In this document: piece after piece, positions 1 through 8,353 of the stretch
How the letters are laid out: each line of letters begins with the position of its first letter
How positions within the stretch are numbered: position 1 is the first letter of the stretch
Assembly: GCA_040396195.1 (NCBI GenBank)
Contig: JBEBPB010000005.1
Coordinates: 113,904 to 177,903, forward strand
Origin: Paenibacillus nanensis
Lineage (GTDB): Bacteria > Bacillota > Bacilli > Paenibacillales > Paenibacillaceae
Reading direction: 5' to 3'
Length of the DNA: 64,000 nucleotides
Made by a program: the position numbers and the translations under genes
Notes under the pieces: model-generated
The model's input: only the letters and a program-made list of their open reading frames with translations
Told to the model about the DNA's origin: nothing
Database searches by the model: none

Positions 1-936
1 AACGAGCGTGCAAAGGAGCACGGGATTAAAATAGTACATGAATCGCCAGCTGCATTGATTGCAGATCGAGAGCTTGATGCTGTAATCGTAGGTGTACCTA
101 ATAAATTCCATGCTGAACTAGCTATCTCAGCATTGGAGGCAGGCAAGCATGTATTGCTGGAGAAGCCGATGGCAATTAACGGATCAGAAGCTGAGCGTAT
201 TGTGGCAGCTGCCAAAAAATCAGGAAAACAACTAATGATGTCGCATCAAATGCGTTGGACGCCGCTTAGCCGTGCCGTCAAGCAATTAATAGATTCTGGA
301 CAGGTTGGAGAAATTTATAACGCCAAAACAGGCTGGTTCCGCAAAAAAGGAATTCCGGGCTGGGGATCGTGGTTTACACAAATGGAGCAATCAGGCGGCG
401 GGCCGCTTATCGATATCGGTGTTCATATGCTGGATTTATCGCAATATTTGATGGGATCGCCAAAGCCGCTGTCTGTATATGGTTCGACTTATGCGAAGTT
501 TGGACCGGAGCGCCGAGGTATCGGCAATTGGGGTACACCAAATTGGGACGGATTTTATGATGTTGAGGACTTGGCTTCTGCATTGATCAAAATGGACAAC
601 GGAGCTACTTTGTCACTTGAGGTAAGTTGGGCAGCTCATGCGGCAGGTTTGCCGGAGGAGCCGTTTATTTATTTGATGGGGACAAAGGGAGGTATTTCAA
701 TTGTTGGCAAAACTGCCACCTTTGAAACCTATGAGAACGATGAGGTTGTCACGAAAGAGATTGAACCGCTCGAAGGCGATGAAGAACGTATTTTGATGGC
801 TCGCCATTTTGTAGACTGTATTCATAATAATACAGAGCCGCTTACCTCCGCATTAAGCGGTTATACAAATAACTTGATTTTGGATGCGATATACGAGTCC
901 TCCAGAAGCGGAGATGCGATAAAGCTAGGCTGCTGA
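1..936 (+). CDS. Gfo/Idh/MocA family oxidoreductase (5' end outside window)
   Basis: Frame is open from base 1 (NERAKEHGIK...). Motifs PNKFH...GKHVLLEKPMA and GGGPLIDIGVHMLD. Confidence 0.9.
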   Translation, partial: NERAKEHGIKIVHESPAALIADRELDAVIVGVPNKFHAELAISALEAGKHVLLEKPMAINGSEAERIVAAAKKSGKQLMMSHQMRWTPLSRAVKQLIDSGQVGEIYNAKTGWFRKKGIPGWGSWFTQMEQSGGGPLIDIGVHMLDLSQYLMGSPKPLSVYGSTYAKFGPERRGIGNWGTPNWDGFYDVEDLASALIKMDNGATLSLEVSWAAHAAGLPEEPFIYLMGTKGGISIVGKTATFETYENDEVVTKEIEPLEGDEERILMARHFVDCIHNNTEPLTSALSGYTNNLILDAIYESSRSGDAIKLGC

Positions 937-993
937 ATTTGTGCTATAATGATCTGTGAATATGGACAATGAGTGAAGGACGGGATTAAATCA

Positions 994-2613
994 ATGATTA
1001 GTACTTCAGGAATAACGTTGCGCTTCGGCAAGAAGGCGCTGTTTGAAGATGTAAATATTAAGTTTACGCCAGGCAATTGCTATGGCTTGATCGGTGCTAA
1101 CGGTGCCGGTAAATCAACATTTTTAAAAATTTTATCTGGTGAAATCGAGCCGTCGCAAGGCGAGGTTCATATTACACCAGGCGAAAGATTTGCTGTGCTA
1201 AAGCAGAACCATTATGAATTTGATGATTTTGAAGTGCTCGAAACTGTTATTATGGGCTACAAGAAGCTTTATGAGGTTATGAAAGAGAAGGATACTTTGT
1301 ATGCGAAGGAAGACTTTACGGATGAAGATGGGATGCGCGCAGGCGAGTTGGAAGCTGAATTTGCAGATATGAACGGCTGGGAAGCAGAGTCGGAAGCTGC
1401 TGAAATGCTTAACGGACTTGGGATTACTACTGAGTTTCATACAAAAAAAATGAGCGAGCTTGGCGGCAATGAGAAAGTACGTGTTTTACTTGCACAAGCT
1501 TTGTTCGGCAATCCGCAAATATTGTTGCTGGATGAGCCTACGAACCATTTGGATATCGAATCGATCCGCTGGTTGGAGGATTTCCTTTCCGATTATGAGG
1601 GGACTGTAATTGTAGTCAGTCATGATCGTCACTTCTTGAATACGGTATGTACACATATTGCAGATATCGATTTTGGCAAAATTCAAATGTATGTCGGCAA
1701 CTATGATTTCTGGTATGAGTCCAGTCAGCTAGCCCTTTCTCTTATGAGATCGGAAAATAAGAAAAAAGAAGACAAAATTAAAGAGCTGCAAGCATTTGTT
1801 CAGCGCTTTAGTGCGAATAAATCAAAATCAAAGCAGGCAACATCGCGTAAAAAATTGCTGGATAAAATTACGCTTGATGATATTCGTCCATCTAACCGCA
1901 AATATCCGTTCATTATATTTAAAGGTGAGCGCGAAGCAGGCAAGCAATTGCTTTTAACTGAGGGTCTGACCGTTTCTGTGGATGGAGAAAAAGTGATCGA
2001 TAATATGACTATTTCGATTAATAAAGGAGATAAGGTTGCATTTGTTGGGCCGAACGGTATGCCGAAGACAGCTTTGTTTGAAGTGCTTGCTGGTGAGCAA
2101 GAGGCTGATTCCGGAACCTATTCGTGGGGAATTACTACCACACGTGCCTATTTCCCGAAAGATAACTCTAAATATTTTGATGATGTAGAGCTTAATTTGG
2201 TAGAATGGCTACGTCAGTATTCCAAAGATCCGGATGAAACATTTTTGCGTGGATTTTTGGGTAGAATGCTGTTCTCTGGCGATGACGCGATGAAGAAAGC
2301 AAGCGTTCTTTCCGGTGGAGAGAAGGTTCGTTGTATGTTATCGAAGATGATGCTTGAGGGAGCAAACGTATTTATTATGGATGAACCGACCAACCACTTG
2401 GACTTGGAATCCATTACTGCACTCAATAACGGTTTAATGGATACGGAGTGTACGATTCTATTTACCTCTCATGACCATCAGTTCGTGCAGACTGTAGCAA
2501 ACCGAATTATTGAGATTACGCCAAACGGTATTATTGACCGGATGACGACATATGATGAATATCTGGAGAGCGATGAAATCAAAGCAATCCGTGAGAAAAT
2601 GTACGCAGAATAA
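994..2613 (+). CDS. ykpA: ABC-F family ATPase (YkpA/YbiT-like ribosome-associated factor)
   Basis: Two ABC domains (GANGAGKST...LLDEPTNHLD; LSGGEK...MDEPTNHLD), a PtIM-type linker and no TM segments. ATG at 994 preferred over 973. Confidence 0.88.
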   Translation: MISTSGITLRFGKKALFEDVNIKFTPGNCYGLIGANGAGKSTFLKILSGEIEPSQGEVHITPGERFAVLKQNHYEFDDFEVLETVIMGYKKLYEVMKEKDTLYAKEDFTDEDGMRAGELEAEFADMNGWEAESEAAEMLNGLGITTEFHTKKMSELGGNEKVRVLLAQALFGNPQILLLDEPTNHLDIESIRWLEDFLSDYEGTVIVVSHDRHFLNTVCTHIADIDFGKIQMYVGNYDFWYESSQLALSLMRSENKKKEDKIKELQAFVQRFSANKSKSKQATSRKKLLDKITLDDIRPSNRKYPFIIFKGEREAGKQLLLTEGLTVSVDGEKVIDNMTISINKGDKVAFVGPNGMPKTALFEVLAGEQEADSGTYSWGITTTRAYFPKDNSKYFDDVELNLVEWLRQYSKDPDETFLRGFLGRMLFSGDDAMKKASVLSGGEKVRCMLSKMMLEGANVFIMDEPTNHLDLESITALNNGLMDTECTILFTSHDHQFVQTVANRIIEITPNGIIDRMTTYDEYLESDEIKAIREKMYAE

Positions 2614-2624
2614 TTAATACAAAT

Positions 2625-2669
2625 AAAAGCGCGAGAAGGAACTATTACAGGCTCCTGCTCGCGTTTTTT
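2625..2669 (+). terminator. Rho-independent terminator
   Basis: AAAAGCGCGAG...CTCGCGTTTTT stem with T-tract right after the ABC-F stop. Confidence 0.75.
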
Positions 2670-2936
2670 AATTCTAAATAATTAACTTGAAAATCGCAGC
2701 AATTATGCAGCGTTTTTTTGTTTTTTTCAATAATTTCTCATTTTTTAAACAGATAATAATATAGTAAATAATTCCCTTTGTCCCATGCAGGATAAGGGCT
2801 GTCAGTGATTCTTATCACTCCAAATATGTTGCCCGTACGCATAAAAGACGGACTATGGTCAACACTGTTTCTCTAGACCCACACAAACTATGTAAAGTAT
2901 GATACCTTTATCAAGTTTAACAGGAGGACCAAGACA

Positions 2937-3809
2937 CTGGAACAGTACGAGGACATCAAAAAAGCAGAAAAGGGCGCCTGGGTAAGCATCGCTGCCTATT
3001 TGGCTTTAACAGCATTGAAGCTTGGAGCCGGGTATTGGTTTGCGTCGAATGCCTTGACAGCAGACGGTTATAATAATTTAACAGATATAGTAGCATCTCT
3101 CGCAGTGTTGATCGGGTTGCGTATTTCTCAAAAGCCGCCGGATAAGGATCATCCATACGGACATATGCGTGCCGAGACTATAGCAGCGCTGGTTGCATCC
3201 TTCATTATGGCTTCAGTCGGGTTGCAGGTGCTGTTTTCAGCTGTGCAATCAATGGTCAAAGGAGAAGTGCAGGCGCCTAATATGATGGCGGCAGTCGTTG
3301 CACTATTTTCAGCAGTTGTGATGGGCGTTGTATATATGTACAATAACAAGCTGGCGAAGAAACTAAACAGCCATGCGCTTGATGCTGCCGCCAAAGATAA
3401 CTTGTCAGATGCACTTGTAAGTATAGGGGCTGCGGTCGGCATATTCGGGGCACAGTTCGGATTGCCTTGGCTGGATTCAGCAGCAGCAATTGTGGTTGGA
3501 CTTCTCATTTGCAAAACGGCATGGGATATTTTTTATAGCAGCACCCACGCCCTTACGGATGGATTTAATGAGGAGGAGCTGCAGTCTCTAAGAACATCTA
3601 TTTTGAAAACAAAAGGTGTTCAAGGGATTAAAGATATTAAAGCTAGAATTCATGGCAGCAAGGTGCTGCTTGATGTTATAGTGCTGGTCAATCCGGAGTT
3701 GTCACTTATTGAAAGCCATCGAATTTGTGATGAAATAGAGCATCGGATGGAAAAAAAGCATAACATTATGAGTGTTCATGTTCATGTCGAGCCGTTTTTG
3801 CTACAATAA
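2937..3809 (+). CDS. Cation diffusion facilitator (FieF/YeaB/MneP-like) transporter; probable CTG start
   Basis: ADGYNNLTD, PPDKDHPYGH.RAE, DNLSD and a C-terminal HVHVEP motif. SD AGGAGG (2922-2927) lies 9 nt before an in-frame CTG. Confidence 0.9.
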   Translation: MEQYEDIKKAEKGAWVSIAAYLALTALKLGAGYWFASNALTADGYNNLTDIVASLAVLIGLRISQKPPDKDHPYGHMRAETIAALVASFIMASVGLQVLFSAVQSMVKGEVQAPNMMAAVVALFSAVVMGVVYMYNNKLAKKLNSHALDAAAKDNLSDALVSIGAAVGIFGAQFGLPWLDSAAAIVVGLLICKTAWDIFYSSTHALTDGFNEEELQSLRTSILKTKGVQGIKDIKARIHGSKVLLDVIVLVNPELSLIESHRICDEIEHRMEKKHNIMSVHVHVEPFLLQ

Positions 3810-3982
3810 GATGCCAGATAAAGGGACAAAAGACCAAAAAAACGGTTGGTAAATTAGACCAAAATTAAAGTTGCAGCATTTAAAAATGTGAAAATAGTCC
3901 TAGATGCAATGAGAATTATGAGTTTTGGTTTAAGGGTTGTAAATTATACCAATATGCATTTATACTGGGCTCAGCTTCCAAG

Positions 3983-4013
3983 AAAGGCATCTCTATGGCA
4001 GAGATGTCTTTTT
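3983..4013 (+). terminator. Rho-independent terminator-like hairpin
   Basis: 12-bp stem AAAGGCATCTCT/AGAGATGTCTTT followed by Ts. Confidence 0.65.
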
Positions 4014-4169
4014 ATTAATTTTTTCTTAGCAAATATTAACTCGTCCAATACTCCCAACTGGCATAAATTGATTTGGGCACTCTGGTCGATACTTGTCTCT
4101 ATCTCGTAATTCTACAATGAATACGTCGCCGCATACCGGCAAACCAATCATCATGAGGAGGCGTAAACA

Positions 4170-5339
4170 TTGCAAAAATCTGCAAGAAAGAAAAGAGCGC
4201 TGGCAGCAGTAGCTATTACCGCCAGCTTGGTTATGGGGACAATAGCTTGGCCTGATCTGCCATCTGCACAAGCGGCATCATCTGCCCAACAAGTTGTGCA
4301 ATCGATAGAGTCCACGCAAACAGCTGAGGTGAAGTATGGTGTAAATATGCGTGCATCCGCATCTTCTTCCAGCAAGATTTACAGAATGCTCAAAAAAGGT
4401 GAGCAAGTTCAAATATTAAGCAAGGTAAACAGCAACTGGTATAAGGTGAAGGACAAGAATGGTAAGGTAGGATATGTTTCTACCAACAGTAAATATTTGA
4501 GCCTCTCCAATACAACCGCAGGGGAAGGCAATTCTGCAGGAACTGATGGGAACAACTCAGCAGGCAACGAGAACGGCAAGGATGATACAATTGCAGGAAC
4601 TTCAGCAAAAGTGATATATGGTGTTAACTTCCGTACACAGCCGAATGCATCCAGTAAAGTAATCCGTATGCTGCCAAAAGGTGAGTCTGTGACTATTCTG
4701 GGGCAGGAAGGCAGCAACTGGTACAAAATAAAAGATGGAAACGGTACTACTGGTTATGTTTCTTCCAATTCAAAATATTTATCATTGAATGGACAAACAG
4801 TGCCAGGCGGCAATAATGGCGGCAGCAGCGGAAACAATAATACAGGCGGAAATAGTAACGGCTCTGGAAGTACAGGCAGCGGAAATGTTGACCAAAGCAA
4901 TGCAACGGTTGAAAAGGTGATTGCTGCGGGAATGAAATATTTGGGCACGCCATATGAGTTTGGCTCTAATCGTAATTCAACAAAAACTTTTGACTGCTCT
5001 GCCTTTGTTCAACGCGCATTTCTTGATGCTACTGGTAAAAAACTGCCCGGAGATTCAAGAAAGCAAGGGCAATATGTAAAGGATAAAGGAAATGCAAAAA
5101 CGAGCATTAGCAGTTTAAAGCGCGGTGATCTTATGTTCTTTATGTCCTATAAGGGAAGCAGTGCTTCCTCCTACAGTGGCGTTAATAAGTCAACGCAAAG
5201 AATAACGCATGTCGGTATTTATTTGGGCAATAATCAAATCCTTCATACGTATTCAAAAGAAAGCGGCGGTGTCAAAACGAACAATATTAAAGGCACGCAT
5301 TGGGAACACCGCTTCTTATACGGGGGAAGCGCCTTGTAA
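4170..5339 (+). CDS. Secreted SH3b-SH3b-NlpC/P60 (C40) peptidoglycan endopeptidase
   Basis: Signal peptide, two VNxR...W..V....GYVS SH3b repeats, G/N/S linker, then FDCS...THVGIY...LHT catalytic motifs. TTG start with SD GAGGAGG. Confidence 0.93.
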   Translation: MQKSARKKRALAAVAITASLVMGTIAWPDLPSAQAASSAQQVVQSIESTQTAEVKYGVNMRASASSSSKIYRMLKKGEQVQILSKVNSNWYKVKDKNGKVGYVSTNSKYLSLSNTTAGEGNSAGTDGNNSAGNENGKDDTIAGTSAKVIYGVNFRTQPNASSKVIRMLPKGESVTILGQEGSNWYKIKDGNGTTGYVSSNSKYLSLNGQTVPGGNNGGSSGNNNTGGNSNGSGSTGSGNVDQSNATVEKVIAAGMKYLGTPYEFGSNRNSTKTFDCSAFVQRAFLDATGKKLPGDSRKQGQYVKDKGNAKTSISSLKRGDLMFFMSYKGSSASSYSGVNKSTQRITHVGIYLGNNQILHTYSKESGGVKTNNIKGTHWEHRFLYGGSAL

Positions 5340-5340
5340 T

Positions 5341-5381
5341 AAAAAAATGATGAGATTCCTGTCAAGGGTCTCATCATTTTT
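5341..5381. terminator. Bidirectional terminator
   Basis: AAAAAAATGATGAGA...TCTCATCATTTTT between convergent genes. Confidence 0.8.
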
Positions 5382-5403
5382 GTTTCATAATGATATGGTT
5401 TGA

Positions 5404-6135
5404 TTATTCCATATTAGTTGTCCGCCGTTGTTCAACAGTTAAGGGCAATGCAGGTTTACTGGCAGTCATGTCAGAAGAGGATTGTTGTTGCTCAGGCAAA
5501 GCTTGAATTGCTTCAGCAGGAGCATCTTCGGTTTGAACGATTTCGGCATTTGCATCAATAATTGCTGCGGCTGCTTTCTTCTTGCGAAGACGATTTCTAA
5601 TAATAAGAAATGCTGCGATCAGCGGGATGCTTCCAAGGAAAATATAGAGGGAAACGCCATGAACCATATTCTCTGCTGTTTTACCATACATGTAAAATAA
5701 CAAGCCTACTGCATAAAATTTAACCGCTCTGCCGACAGCCGCATATGCGATAAGACGCCATAGAGGAAAGTTAAGACAACCGGATAAAATAGTAAATACT
5801 TTGAACGGAATAGGTGTGAAGGAACCGATCAGTATAGCGGTTTCCCCGCTTTCCTGGAACTTTTTCGTCGCAGCTTCAATCCATTCTTTCTTTAAAAATT
5901 TATAAAGAACAGATTTGCCCATCAGTTTTCCAAGCAAATAACCGACTGGTGTGCCAAGTAAACAAGCAATATAGCCGAGTGTAGCAAGTACGAGTGCATC
6001 GGAAGGATTAATAAGGCTCAAAGAGACCTGCAGGAAAAAGGCGGGTATTGGGAATATCACCGCATCCAAAAAGGAGTGGATAAATAATCCCCAGGGACCA
6101 AAGGACTTCAAAAAATCTAAAATGGCTTCAATCAT
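5404..6135 (-). CDS. YqaA/DedA (VTT/SNARE-associated) membrane protein
   Basis: Hydrophobic, with FTPIPFKVFTILSG...AAVGRAVKF motif and a low-complexity C-tail. Confidence 0.85.
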   Translation of the reverse strand: MIEAILDFLKSFGPWGLFIHSFLDAVIFPIPAFFLQVSLSLINPSDALVLATLGYIACLLGTPVGYLLGKLMGKSVLYKFLKKEWIEAATKKFQESGETAILIGSFTPIPFKVFTILSGCLNFPLWRLIAYAAVGRAVKFYAVGLLFYMYGKTAENMVHGVSLYIFLGSIPLIAAFLIIRNRLRKKKAAAAIIDANAEIVQTEDAPAEAIQALPEQQQSSSDMTASKPALPLTVEQRRTTNME

Positions 6136-6261
6136 GTGCAGGCTCCTTTATATTGGTCTTGCTAGCTTATTATAGCATACTGATCTTTTGTTAGTCTCCT
6201 AGACCTGCGTATAGGAATGCATACAGCTATGTCACTGCAAAGGTAAGCAAAAGAAAAACTG

Positions 6262-7377
6262 TCATTGCAAAAAATGCAAGACAGTTTCTGGGCAGCGTGT
6301 AGGACTATAGTTCGTATTTCGTATATTGAGTAGCTGATTGCGAAAAGCCAAAGCGCCTTGTTGCTCATGAATGAGCTGGAACCATTTGTCGACAACATCA
6401 TTGGAATCAAGCATTTCTCCAAAGCCTGCTGAAATAAAGTGATCGCAATTCTCTTCCTCCTGACCAGGGATAGGCTCATAAAATAGCATAGGCAATCCTT
6501 TGCTCATCCCTTCTGTACAGGTCATGCCGCCAGGCTTTGTAACAAGCAGATCGGCAATGTCCATAAGCTTATGAACTTCCTTGGTGAAGCCCATTATTAT
6601 AATATTCGGATGCTGGAAAATAGGATCGGACTGCATTTTTTCTTTCATCTTCTCATTTGATCCGACGCAAAAAATAAGCTGCGTTGTTTCGCGCCACTTG
6701 GTCATATAGGCAAGGGCATTGTCCTCATAAAGTATACCCCAGCCTCCGCCCATAATGAGCACAGTTGGCATATCCTTCAATTTAAACTGCTCGCGTACAG
6801 CTTCTTTGTTATGTGAATCCCAAAAATTTGGATGTACGGGAATGCCGGTTATTGCAACACGCTCCGGGTGAATCCCTCGACTGACAAGTTTTGACTTGAC
6901 CGTTTCGGAAGAAACGAGAAACTTGTTTACTTCTTGTCCGATCCACGAGCCATGCGCGTCATAGTCTGTAATTAATGTATAAAGCGGAACGTCAGCTCCA
7001 AGCCGTTTCAGACGAGCAACAACAGCATTGGGAAACGGGTGTGTACAAATAATAATATCAGGCTTCAATTGGGAAATAACCTGTGATGTATGAGTGTAAA
7101 AGCCTCTGTGCAAAGCAAGCTGCGTAATGCGATTCAAAGAACGCTGATAGTTGCTTCTATACATTCGTCCTACCATTTTGGGCTGGTTGCTTACCGCTTT
7201 GCGATAAGCGGAGACGATTAACGGGCCTACAACCGGATTCAAAAACTTTCCAAGCTCGATGACACGTGTTTGAATGCCGGGGCAAAGCTGCTTTAATCCT
7301 GCTGCAAGAGCATGAGCGGCCTGAGTATGACCGGAACCAAACCCTTCAGATAGCAGCAATACTCGTTTTTTACGCAT
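6262..7377 (-). CDS. MGDG synthase/UgtP-YkoN family glycosyltransferase
   Basis: FGSGHTQAA, ICTHPFP, ITDY, GIPV, MGGGWG, TKPGGMT..E and PIPGQEEEN motifs. Confidence 0.9.
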   Translation of the reverse strand: MRKKRVLLLSEGFGSGHTQAAHALAAGLKQLCPGIQTRVIELGKFLNPVVGPLIVSAYRKAVSNQPKMVGRMYRSNYQRSLNRITQLALHRGFYTHTSQVISQLKPDIIICTHPFPNAVVARLKRLGADVPLYTLITDYDAHGSWIGQEVNKFLVSSETVKSKLVSRGIHPERVAITGIPVHPNFWDSHNKEAVREQFKLKDMPTVLIMGGGWGILYEDNALAYMTKWRETTQLIFCVGSNEKMKEKMQSDPIFQHPNIIIMGFTKEVHKLMDIADLLVTKPGGMTCTEGMSKGLPMLFYEPIPGQEEENCDHFISAGFGEMLDSNDVVDKWFQLIHEQQGALAFRNQLLNIRNTNYSPTRCPETVLHFLQ

Positions 7378-7555
7378 AAATTCACCTACTTTTCTAATTC
7401 AATATTACTGCGCGTTGAAATACAATACAAGATAAAATGTAAGGCTTGCTAATACTATTTGAATATTTTACAGTATTTATAAGAGTTTTTTGTTGCTAAT
7501 CTTAACTATTGCTTTTAATAAATGAGTATTCGTACAACGAGTGGAGGGACAAGTT

Positions 7556-7951
7556 ATGTATGCCAATGAGAGTAATGCAGAGCTGACTGAAGGTCAATTG
7601 GTGCATGCGGAAGTAAGAACGGGGAAATATATCGGTGAAATTGTACAATTCAACGGTCCGCGTGCTGTTGTAAAGGTGCTGGCAGTAGTCAAGCATCCGG
7701 ATCAAGGGGATTTGCACAGCTCCTTTAATCCTGATGCGGCCATGTTCCATGAACGCAGAGCACTTAGTTATACAGAAAAAACAACGGTTCTGAAAAGGGA
7801 TTTAAAAGCGTATAACGGATCAGTTCCTGATTATAAACAATCCCTTCTGCAAGCAGCGGAGGCCGAGATTATTGCATTAGGCAAATTAGAGCGATGGGCT
7901 GCACAAAGCCTGGAGATCTTGCAGGAACTTAAAAAAGATTACGAAAAATAA
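7556..7951 (+). CDS. kapB: Kinase-associated protein B
   Basis: TGKYIGE...VKVLAVVKHPDQGDLH...FHERRAL, recognised as the KapB family. Confidence 0.85.
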   Translation: MYANESNAELTEGQLVHAEVRTGKYIGEIVQFNGPRAVVKVLAVVKHPDQGDLHSSFNPDAAMFHERRALSYTEKTTVLKRDLKAYNGSVPDYKQSLLQAAEAEIIALGKLERWAAQSLEILQELKKDYEK

Positions 7952-8353
7952 AGGAAATATATAATATGGAAATTCCAGCAAAATAGATGAGACCATTTCT
8001 TGTATATGAAGATTTATTCTATACTTAAGCATATCAATCGGTAAGGCTGCTGAAACAATTGGCGGTCTTTTTTTATATTGAGCCCCAGGAGGAAGCTGCC
8101 ATTCAACAAAAACGAACACCTTCGCTTCTCCAATTCCATTTAAGAATTGAAATTTCTAGGCAATAAATAAGATTCTGTTTAAGAAAATAACCTATTGTAT
8201 GGTAAAATAAAAGTGAAATTAAGCTATTTATAAAAGGATGTCTTTGTGGATTTGCCTTCTTAATTTAAGGTCTAAAATGCAAAATAGCTGCCGTATAATT
8301 GGCAATAGAGCTAAAAGTTTTTTTATCATCTTATTAAAGAGAGGATAACAGCG

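Noticed and set aside
2044-2075. Degenerate second Walker A (GPNGMPKT) in the ABC-F protein
   Set aside because: As I recall, YkpA/YbiT-type proteins of Bacillales commonly have a divergent second Walker A, so it is not treated as novel.
2760-2936. NiCo (czcD) or yybP-ykoY riboswitch
   Set aside because: The conserved cores of these families could not be matched by eye. The region is kept only as an unknown structured leader.
4128-4169. c-di-GMP-I riboswitch-like GGCAAACC before the NlpC/P60 gene
   Set aside because: There is no GAAA tetraloop, GACGCAAAGC or P2 stem, and the following bases are simply the SD.
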